A model generated the notes under the pieces. It was not told the DNA's origin and did no database searches. It was given only the letters and a program-made list of their open reading frames with translations. From positions 65,069,536 to 65,112,104 of the forward strand of contig NC_068991.1 of the NCBI RefSeq assembly GCF_001194135.2: 42,569 nucleotides of DNA. Direction: 5' to 3'. A program made the position numbers and the translations under genes. This stretch comes from Octopus bimaculoides. Its lineage: Eukaryota. Positions within the stretch are counted from its first letter, which is position 1, and the number at the start of each line of letters is the position of its first letter. Below are positions 33,528-42,569 of the stretch, piece after piece.

Positions 33528-34934
33528 CTGGAAATAGAAATATAAGATATAACAAAACACACACACAAAAAAAAGCAGATGGCTAATATACAAAGGGGAA
33601 AATGGGGTGGTTAAATAATATTGGCCTTAGATAAAACATTAATATTTTCATTTAGTTTTAAAACCTTATTTACTTCAAACAATGTGCGTGCAACAATCTA
33701 GCCAATCCAGCCATTACAGAAAATTTCCCATATGGAGCAATCTTTATCTCAAGGCAAAACTAAAATTAATTGTTAGTGGTGGGGCAAGGAAAAAAAAACT
33801 TAGACTCAAAAATATTACGTGGTGATAATGACAAAGTTTGAACTCCTGACTCCGGCATCNNNNNNNNNNATCAACCAATTTAATTACAAAGCGTTAAATA
33901 CATCAAATAAAAACCAATTTTCATTCAGCAGTGATTAAAGTGATCTTTGAGTTTTCTGTCTCCTATGTGCCATGCCAACAGACACAGGCAATCATGGACC
34001 TCCATGCCAAAGTCTGAACATTCATTATTTTTCTTGGGAAAGATACAGCAGTGTTGTTCTGCTGCCTCCTGCCATTTTATTTACAATTTACTGTTAGTTT
34101 CCTGCATTCTCAAGCTTAACCCTGAAGTACAGGGCTTATGTAACTTTTGAATAGGAGGACTGGTTCATATGATATCAGAACATATACACACTAGTGGTTT
34201 TGTGTGACTTATGTCTCGTGGACAGCCCTTCTCCAAAATTTGTATGCCTTAACCACAGAACCATCTTTAGTTACCTGATCCATAAGTGGGGCCCTTAACA
34301 CTACCAACCTGGGCCACAGAGGACCAAGGGATAACTCTATATTCCTCACCACCCCTGAACTCCCTGGCTGAAGTCAGATGCATTTCAATGTCTTACCCAG
34401 GATGACGTTGAGTCTTTCCAACTGATTAATGGAACTCAGCACTATTTATATTGCTGAACAGATTATAAAATAATCCAGCTACACTCTTGAAAGTGGATTT
34501 CATTAAAACATATTAGATTCAGTTTAAATAAGTTTGTACTTCAACCACTATAAATGAATTACCTGCTACCTAAGCCAATTTAACCGGAATAACACTCCGT
34601 GAGAAAGACACTCTAAATGATAAAAAAACTTTTATTGAGGCTCCTAGACTTGTCAGCTCATGTCAGACATCCCAACCCATGCCAGTGTGGAAGATGGACA
34701 TTAAATGATGAAGATGAAATCATACAAATAGAATGAATTCACAGAAATGCATGGCCTATGATGACCTTAATATAAAAATCATACTGCAATCAAACATGCC
34801 ATAAAACAAGTTAAAACATTTGGCTGAAATAATTAGAACAAAATTGTATAACTATGTTTCTTTTTCTGGATAGGTGTACATTATCTGGACAGTTTGACAT
34901 GGTCCAACAAGATACTGAGCTGTGTTAGGCCCAA

Positions 34935-35060
34935 TGTCAGCTTTGGCTTGGTTTCTACAGCTGGATGCCCTTCCTAACACCAACCACTTTATAGTGCATA
35001 CTGGTTGAATTTTTTTGTGATACCAACACTAGTGGGGTCACCAAGTGACTTGCAAGACAA
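34935..35060 (-). mobile_element. Fragment of the same RTE-related family
   Basis: tttctacagctggatgcccttcctaacaccaaccac. Similar fragments occur at ~18690-18880, 7400-7600 and 39100-39310, and tail ends at ~31320-31365 and ~34675-34715. Confidence 0.7.
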
Positions 35061-35369
35061 AGTAAAGAGATTAGTTGATTGAGTGGGAGTGAGTTCGAGA
35101 GTGAGAGAGGAAGCTCTATGCCAAGTGCTGAAGGCTTAATTAAGTATGATAGAGGGACAAGCACAGGTGTCTTGCTATAGAAGAGATACATGACAACCCT
35201 GAATTATGTAAGGCTGGGTGGGAGTAGTTGAAAGGGAGACAAAAATGGTGGTAACAGGGAGCCAAAGCATTTACCTAAATGAAGGAAATCATGTAATCAC
35301 TGTTAACAACAGAATGAAGAATTGAAAATGGCCGATGAGGTTGGTTTATCAAAAACTTATTCCTCAATC

Positions 35370-35602
35370 AAGACGGCGAGTTGGCAGAAATGTTAGCATG
35401 CCAGGCGAAATACTTAGCAGTATTTCGTCTGTCTATGTTCCGAGTTCAAATTCCACCAAGATTGACTTTGCCTTTCATTCTTTCGGGGTCGATAAATTAA
35501 GTACCAGTTACGCACTGGGGTCGATGTAATCGACTTAATTCCTTTGTCTGTTCTTGGTTGTCCCCTCTATGTTTAGCCCCTTGTGGGCAATAAAGAAATA
35601 AG
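35370..35602 (+). mobile_element. Young short-family tRNA-derived SINE with a 17-bp TSD
   Basis: gttggcagaaatgttagc A-box region, gagttcaaattcc B box, gactttgcctttcattctttcggggtcgataaattaagtaccag core and aataaagaaataag tail. Flanked by AAACTTATTCCTCAATC at 35353-35369 and 35603-35619. Confidence 0.92.
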
Positions 35603-35664
35603 AAACTTATTCCTCAATCTGTGTTCATAACAAAGAGACAAAGATATATCATCTTAAGCCTTAC

Positions 35665-35837
35665 TTGATTCCAGATGGTTGAGCTCGAGATAAGAATCGT
35701 GCAGATATGCTGAGTCGAGGTGTACTGCTGTTTAGATGGTCGTGCATTTCTTGTTCAAGGACATCAAGTTTCTGTAGGAAGTGGTCGGTGTTCGATGGAG
35801 AAAAACTCAAACTTTCAAAGTTATCTTTGACAAAAGT
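35665..35837 (-). CDS. WDR62: WDR62/MAPKBP1-family exon with family motifs (TFVKDNFESL...TPRLSISARFLSRAQPSGIK)
   Basis: Acceptor ttttgttttcacattccacag and donor CAA|GTAAGG. 173 nt, phase 0 to 2. The spliced TPEK|TFVKDNFESL and PRLSISARFLS resemble, from memory, the vertebrate WDR62/MAPKBP1 TPxQExFLxxHFETL and LSISx(R/Q)FLS motifs. The symbol stands for the family, since invertebrates usually have one orthologue of both genes. Confidence 0.88.
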
Positions 35838-37794
35838 CTGTGGAATGTGAAAACAAAATGAAACAGAAACTATTACAATCACCACCTCCACCACCATGCA
35901 AAGAAGAATTGAAAGGAAATTTTGTGCAAAAAAGAAGAAAATTGTGTGTGACAGATACATCAAGTGTTACCCATAATTTTTTTTTTTTTTTTTNNNNNNN
36001 NNNNNNNNNNNNNNNNNNNNNNNNNNNNNNNNNNNNNNNNNNNNNNNNNNNNNNNNNNNNNNNNNNNNNNNNNNNNNNNNNNNNNNNNNNNNNNNNNNNN
36101 NNNNNNNNNNNNNNNNNNNNNNNNNNNNNNNNNNNNNNNNNNNNNNNNNNNNNNNNNNNNNNNNNNNNNNNNNNNNNNNNNNNNNNNNNNNNNNNNNNNN
36201 NNNNNNNNNNNNNNNNNNNNNNNNNNNNNNNNNNNNNNNNNNNNNNNNNNNNNNNNNNNNNNNNNNNNNNNNNNNNNNNNNNNNNNNNNNNNNNNNNNNN
36301 NNNNNNNNNNNNNNNNNNNNNNNNNNNNNNNNNNNNNNNNNNNNNNNNNNNNNNNNNNNNNNNNNNNNNNNNNNNNNNNNNNNNNNNNNNNNNNNNNNNN
36401 NNNNNNNNNNNNNNNNNNNNNNNNNNNNNNNNNNNNNNNNNNNNNNNNNNNNNNNNNNNNNNNNNNNNNNNNNNNNNNNNNNNNNNNNNNNNNNNNNNNN
36501 NNNNNNNNNNNNNNNNNNNNNNNNNNNNNNNNNNNNNNNNNNNNNNNNNNNNNNNNNNNNNNNNNNNNNNNNNNNNNNNNNNNNNNNNNNNNNNNNNNNN
36601 NNNNNNNNNNNNNNNNNNNNNNNNNNNNNNNNNNNNNNNNNNNNNNNNNNNNNNNNNNNNNNTATGAATAGTCAGAACATATTTATTTTAAAGCTGAATA
36701 AGTCTACTTCTGACAACCATTCAACTGTGAAATGGGTGTGGTATCAGCTCATTTCAGCTAGGTACACTGAGCCATATTGATTATACAATGAATAGGAAGA
36801 GTGTCCATTGATGACAATTCTCTCACTAGTTCAAAATTTTAACCAATCAAAACAGTTCACCACATTTTAGCTGTGATACCCTTGAAAATAAGATAGCCAG
36901 AAAGAGCCACAACTTTACCCAGAATACCAAAAGTCGAAAGAACAAATACACCTACAGGTTGAACTTACCACCAAATTCAACATGGAGGCTTGAATAGTTG
37001 ATATTCTATGTTCTTTCTGAGAATTTTTAATATAAATGAAAAACATTGTAACAAAAGATTAAGAAAATTATTAAAATATAGCTTCTGCAATATACACAAC
37101 AATTTCCTAATAATATTTATTCAATTCAACTGAGTTAAACTTTTCAAAAGCTAAATACAAAAGACCCTCAATTAATCAAGGGACAAAAGCAAGCAACTAC
37201 AGTCTTTTATTTTTCAGAGTCTCTGAGGTTGGTGAATTAAAGGGAGGAAGAAAGATATCCCCAAACTGTAAACTTCTTCTGAAAGCTCACAACAGAATGA
37301 ATTCTGCTAAAGGCATCCAGAGACCATGTGGTGGTGTCAAACCAAACGATGGTTTGACTAGGTAATGGTGGTGGTACATCTGGTGATAGACTGAGTCTAC
37401 AACCCAATAACTACAACAAATACCACAAGGCATCTCCAACAATTCTGACAATCTACCACCTTGGATTGGTGCTTTCATCTTTCCAGGAGGAAAGAAAATA
37501 TCACCACCATCTGCCAAAAAAGTCAAGTACTGGACTCAATTTATGAGCTAGTGTTGTAGTATTTGGCCAATTGAGAATGTGAACCATTACCAGTCAGATG
37601 AATTGCTTTTGCTTGGATGTGGTGTGTGTGTTTCTGAATGTGCACATAAACATGCATAGCAGCTACACAGCCCTTTATATGTGTTGAGCAAGACTCCAGT
37701 GTAAGATTTAGATGGCCTTTTGTAGAAAGTCAGGAATTGTTCGAAGTTGAAGTATTTCTCCTAAAGAGAATCCCTAGTCTATGTGATTTGTTCA

Positions 37795-38140
37795 TCATCA
37801 TCATCACCATCATCAGCGTTTAACGTCCGCTTTCCATGCTAGCATAGGTTGGACGATTTGACTGAGGACTGGTGAACCAGATGGCTACATCAGGCTCCAA
37901 TCTGATTTGGCAGAGTTTCTACAGCTGGATGCCCTTCCTAATGCCAACCATTCCGAGAGTGTAGTGGGTGCTTTTACGTGCCACCGGCACGAAGGCCAGT
38001 CAGGCGGTACTGGCAACAGCCATGCTCGAAATGGTGTATTTTACGTGCCACCTGCACAGGAGCCAGTTCGGCGGCACTGGCAACAATCTCGCTCGAATGT
38101 CTTTTCACGTGCCACCGGCACAAGTGCCAGGAAGGCGACT
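37795..38140 (-). mobile_element. RTE-related non-autonomous retroposon with (GAT)n tail and internal ~65-bp tandem units
   Basis: On the + strand: catcatcagcgtttaacgtccgctttccatgc...tttctacagctggatgcccttcctaatgccaacc, then tacgtgccacc(g/t)gcac three times. Confidence 0.8.
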
Positions 38141-38350
38141 TCTAAAAATGCTGTATGTGTGAAGTCACTATGAGAGATAATCAAAGATTGTGAGGTCTGG
38201 TATTTTAGAGACATCGAAAACATATAATTTGTTTAAAACTAGAAAAGGTGAAATAGAAAACTGTTTCCTTAACATATGTGTTCTGATTGGGTCTGTAGGC
38301 TGTTGAAAGATGGATAGGTTAACATCATACACAAGGACGAGCTGAAAGTC

Positions 38351-38795
38351 TCTTTATCTTTTAGCTTTTACTTGTTTCAGTATTTGCACTGTGGCCATAC
38401 TGGGGCACCACCTTGAAGAGATTTCAGTCAAATGAACCAATCCCAGTACTTTAAAAAAAAAAAAAAACCTGTTATTTACTCTCTTGGTCTCTTTTTGTCA
38501 AACCACTAAGTTATGGGGGCGTAAACACAGACATTGGTTGTCAAGCAGTACTGGAGGACAAATACAAATATAAACACACACACACATCTGAGCCTACAAC
38601 CCAAGAATTCAGAACTGGAACAAATACCACAAGGCATCCAACAGGCTTCTTTCAGTTTCCATCTACCAATTCGCTCACAGGGCTTTGGTCAGCCTGAGGC
38701 TATAATAGAAGACACCACCCCAAGGTACCAAGCAGGAAGACTGAACCCAGAACCAAGTGGTTGGAAAGTAAACTTCTTACCATAGAGCTACACCA
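38351..38795 (-). mobile_element. Octopus tRNA-derived SINE (long family), older full-length copy
   Basis: Colinear with 22521-22933: cttgtttcagt..., ctaagttatgggg.gtaaac, ggcttctttcagtttcc, gactgaaccc. Confidence 0.85.
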
Positions 38796-39830
38796 ACACC
38801 ACTATTTATAAAAGCAATACAAGTCTGGTGTAAAGCAACTAATTTGTGTATGGGTGTCGCTTATATGCTAGACTAAGGAGAAGTGATGGGTAATATCATT
38901 TACATAGGGGTATAGTAGTTTGTTTATGTAGAGAAGGAAGAATGTCAGAGACATAACTGAATTTTGGCTACACTGGTGTTGATAAAGAACCATGCCAGCT
39001 TTTGGCAAACTGGTAAAGTCTGACAAAAACTTCCAACCATTTTATTTTTTTCTAACGTATCTAGATGATACATTTTTCTTGTTAGCAGCAGCAGCTGACA
39101 CCATCACCATCATCAACATTGTTTTAATGTTCACTTTTCCATGCAGATTTTCTACAGCTTGATGCTCTCCCTGTTGCGAATTCACACCTGTTTCCATATA
39201 AGGTAATATTTTGCTTAGTCCTTCAAACAATGAACAGTTCAATGGCCAGATATAATACCAAATAATGACTTGGTCTTTATTCAGCACACAAACATCAAGA
39301 TAAGGACAGAACACATACACACACAATGGAAACTTCTTACAGTCTCCATCTATTAATTCCCTTAAAAGGCATTCATAGGTGAGCCTGTGACCATAGAAAA
39401 CATTAGCGAACAATGACATGCAGTGGGAATGAACTGTAAACCACATTGTTCTAAAGCAAATTTCTTAACCACATAGCCATGCTTGCACCCAAATTAAATT
39501 TCACGCCTCACAACTGAAGCCTGCTTTTCTAACTTTTGAACATTTGTAGTTTAACGATAGTTTCTGCAATGATTTTTAAGACTATCAACATAGAAAATTT
39601 CCTACATACATTCAGTCCTCGACTTCTCTCTTATGGCCTCAACTCCTAGAATGAACAGAATATGTTTGAGAACAGAAGCTTGATAAATGCTCCTTATGTC
39701 CACTGTTAATCTCAACCCTATTTGATCTGGGCTGCTCTCACAAATCATTCCTCTACCCTAGAATATCCAGAAACTCACATAAATTAGAGTGAAGAGAGAT
39801 GATAAAGAATTTCATCTAAAGAAGGCATAC

Positions 39831-39964
39831 CTTTTCTGGCGTCTTCCACATTATTTCTCTTTCAACGTCTGTTGGTGTGTTGGCATTGGACAAGGAAGAG
39901 CCACCTTCATCAACCAGGTCTTCATCATCATCACCACCATCATCATCATTACCTTGAGACTCAC
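39831..39964 (-). CDS. WDR62/MAPKBP1-family exon, acidic segment (GESQGNDDDGGDDDEDLVDEGGSSLSNANTPTDVEREIMWKTPEK)
   Basis: Acceptor tgctcttag and donor AAG|GTATGC. 134 nt, phase 1 to 0. Shorter than the ORF-track cutoff, so read by hand. Confidence 0.85.
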
Positions 39965-41043
39965 CTAAGAGCAATATTATTAATACATACAAATTTTAGC
40001 AATATTTGATAGGTGGGGGGGGGGGGAGAATTAGTATACAAACTTAATTTATTAGATATGAATATAATGTGTGCATTTAAAAAAGACAGGGAAAAGAGAC
40101 AGCTAGCCAGAAATAGATATAGACACAGTCAAAGGTAGACACATAAGACAGACAGATAGACAAAAAGTTGGAAAGAAAGATGAATCAGACAAATATATAA
40201 ATAAAAATGAAGGATTCCTAGTATACAAAACATTTGTGTTTTGTTTAAATAAATGAAGTAGAAGAAATAATTTGGATCTAAATCACTTGACAGAAAGTGA
40301 AAGATGGTGGAGTAGATAGGGTAGCAAATGGCCAGCTAACAGAATACATATTGCTAGTTGAATTGTCTTCTCGGCACCATGCTAAGTCCATGCAAAACCC
40401 TTATCCATAAAAAGGCAGAGTTCATTCAAGTGAAAATAGTTACCACAGAGCAAAAAGAACAACAGTAGAATAATTTGTTAGTTTAGTGTCAAGTTCAATT
40501 TTTTTCTGTGAAATAAATCAACAGAGATAGTCCAGTGTCCTATCCAGAGATGTCAAATTTATGCCTCTTGACCTCTTATCCACTTAACATTAGAAAAAAA
40601 AACTGGAGAAAAACACAAGACATATGGATCATTGTGATGTGGAAAAGAGTTTGAAAATCAATTTGCCCTTATTGGGATTCAGAATCTGGACCTAACATTG
40701 ATTCTTGCAATCACTAACAGACTTCTCATTGAACTCTCTGTTCAACTATTGACTTATGACCGAAATAAATTGACCATGATAGAGAGAAATATCTAAGAAG
40801 TAATACAGTAGGTTCTGAAAAACCAACAGTAATGGAATTCTCTTCATTGATTAACAGAGGTGTTATGATCGCGTTGTCTAGTGCTATGGTGAAGTAGAAG
40901 TTATATGTGGACGAATAGGCCATGAGAGTCAAGATGGAAAAACCATTTGTGAATGTATGACAAAAATAAATGAAATAAATGGATAAGTCAGAGCAAATTT
41001 GTTAAATATGTGATACCTGGAAAACATGATGCAATTTACTCAC

Positions 41044-41126
41044 CTGTTGCGCTGTTTGACAAACTGGTTCTATTGGTATTTGGTATGAATATAGACCTAC
41101 TAGATGGTGCAAACACTTGGAAGTTA
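41044..41126 (-). CDS. WDR62/MAPKBP1-family gene, first coding exon visible in window (NFQVFAPSSRSIFIPNTNRTSLSNSAT)
   Basis: Acceptor ttttttccactattctatgtag and donor CAG|GTGAGT. 83 nt, phase 2 to phase 1, which fits the next exon. Confidence 0.75.
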
Positions 41127-41532
41127 CTACATAGAATAGTGGAAAAAATAAAGTAAACAATCACATCAATAAAACAATATTTCATAAATGCATGTATTAA
41201 AAAACTGGTATTTGATATAAAGACTTTAGGCAAAGCACAGTTTACCATTTGTATGGTAACTTACATAAATGTTATCAATAATAAAAATTTAAAAAATCAG
41301 GTTAATAAAATGTATTGTAATCCATAAACCCACCATTCCAACCCTACACATCATTAAATATTAACACTCTTTGCTCTTTCTTTGGCTTTTGTCCAACCTT
41401 AAGCTGCAATGCTACATTATACTTACACAGAGTACTGACCAACCCACCTACCAACCTACCATCCTTACTACCCACCATAACAAACAAGTTCAATTGTTCT
41501 TCAGAAAAACACATTCAGTGTGCTAATTTCAT

Positions 41533-41533
41533 C

Positions 41534-41578
<45 letters not shown>

Positions 41579-41612
41579 CAGCAGCAGGAGCAGTTGTAGC
41601 AGTTGTAGCAGC
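41533..41612. repeat. Compound (TAG)n-(CAG)n microsatellite
   Basis: The tagtagtag run turns into cagcagcaggagcagttgtagcag. Confidence 0.95.
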
Positions 41613-41699
41613 AACTTCAAAATATATAGATTTGAGCACTCTGTACCCCATTACTCTAAAAAATTGTATTCACTGCTTATACAATTAATCTTATCTTTT

Positions 41700-41950
41700 G
41701 TATTTTACATGTTTCAGTCACTGGACTGTGGCCATGCTGGGATACTATTTTGAAGGCTTTAAATCAAACAAACTGCTATGCTACGGGGACGTAAACAAAC
41801 CAACGCTAGTTGTCAAGCAGTTGAGAAACACAAACACAGATGCATCCCAGGGTTATAACAGAAGACACTTGCCTAAGGTGCCATGCATTGGGACTGAACC
41901 TAAAACCACATGGTCACAAAGGAAGCTTCTTAACCATACAGCCATGCCTG
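41700..41950 (-). mobile_element. Long-family SINE, internally deleted
   Basis: tgtttcagtcactggactgtggccatgctgg...ctacggggacgtaaac...gaagacacttgcctaaggtgccatgcattgggactgaacc. Confidence 0.78.
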
Positions 41951-42299
41951 CCTATGCAGACATTTTTAATTTGACAACTTCAAAGTTGTTAGAGAACAAT
42001 GTAAAATAATGCTGATAGCAAAAAGGAAAAAGAAATGAGTAGTTATGGTTTTGGTGAAAATGTAATTCAAGTTACCAACGAAAATAAATAGCATAACAGA
42101 TTTTGCTTATACTTTGACTGAGGAATAGAATACAATGAAAAGAGGAAAGCATGACTCAATGTGTGTATGTGAGAGTGAGAGAGAGATTACAGTTCAACGC
42201 CCACTCACTGATGATCAGCTCAGCAGACGTTTCTTATGCATGCTTATCAAAGGGAAATAATTCGCAATGTTCCAAAGTTCCAGTTATACATTTAGAAAA

Positions 42300-42490
42300 A
42301 TCTTTTATCTCATACTTGTTTGTCATTGGACTGTGGCCGTGCTAAAAGAGTTTTAGTTGATGTACTTATTTTTAAAGTCTGGTACTTATTCTGTCAGATC
42401 TATTTCACTGAACTGCTAAGTTACAAGAACGTAAACAAATCAACACCAGTTGTCAATGGTTGTGGGGGACAAGTACAAACACACAAATAT
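42300..42490 (-). mobile_element. Long-family SINE, 3' half
   Basis: tacttgtttgtcattggactgtggcc...gaactgctaagttacaagaacgtaaac...gggggacaagtacaaac. Confidence 0.72.
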
Positions 42491-42504
42491 ATATGTGTGT
42501 GTAT

Positions 42505-42508
<4 letters not shown>

Positions 42509-42569
<61 letters not shown>
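42509..42569. repeat. (TA)n microsatellite at the window end; another at 1-43
   Basis: Direct inspection. Confidence 0.98.

Noticed and set aside
12565-36671. Long ORFs containing X runs (12565, 12590, 15943, 15985, 16023, 17086-17619, 27418-28093, 35840, 35964)
   Set aside because: They are artefacts of translating across N-gaps.
3708-41126. Identity as GTSE1, SLAIN or GAS2-like, suggested by the SxIP motif and Ser-rich sequence
   Set aside because: The TPEK-TFVKDNFESL and PRLSISARFLSR motifs and the C-terminal helices fit WDR62/MAPKBP1 better; no diagnostic motif of the others was seen.
22693-42009. Short ORFs such as 22693, 22832, 28353, 28468, 38534 and 41698, with RGYSRRHLPK / EDTCPRCHAVGLN peptides
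   Set aside because: They are recurring translations of the same non-coding SINE.
1-42569. CRISPR array, prokaryotic operon or defence system
   Set aside because: The sequence is spliced eukaryotic DNA. The repeats are dispersed TEs or simple tandems, with no constant repeat plus unique spacer pattern.

Overview
AT-rich, repeat-dense eukaryotic genomic DNA with six N-gaps. The SINE/RTE repeat families and (TA)n-flanked gaps point to an octopus (coleoid cephalopod) draft assembly; this is inferred from my recognition of the repeats. The window holds the 3' part of one large minus-strand gene that I identify as the WDR62/MAPKBP1 family orthologue. Thirteen GT-AG exons from 41126 down to a stop at 3708 splice in consistent phase into about 1100 aa. 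They carry family motifs (TPEK-TFVKDNFESL, PRLSISARFLSR, C-terminal helical segments) and a 1549-bp Ser-rich exon. The WD40 exons must lie beyond the right edge. The introns and flank carry an internally deleted DD37D (maT) transposon, piggyBac-type (TTAA) MITEs, a hAT-type MITE with an 8-bp TSD, a ~195-bp foldback palindrome, many tRNA-derived SINEs (one with a perfect 17-bp TSD), RTE-related fragments and hammerhead-ribozyme-like cores of Penelope type. No CRISPR array, rRNA or true tRNA gene was found. The best leads are an in-frame alternative donor that would toggle an SxIP motif, the expanded tail with candidate JNK docking motifs, the hammerhead-like core, and intronic dsRNA structures that could be A-to-I editing substrates.
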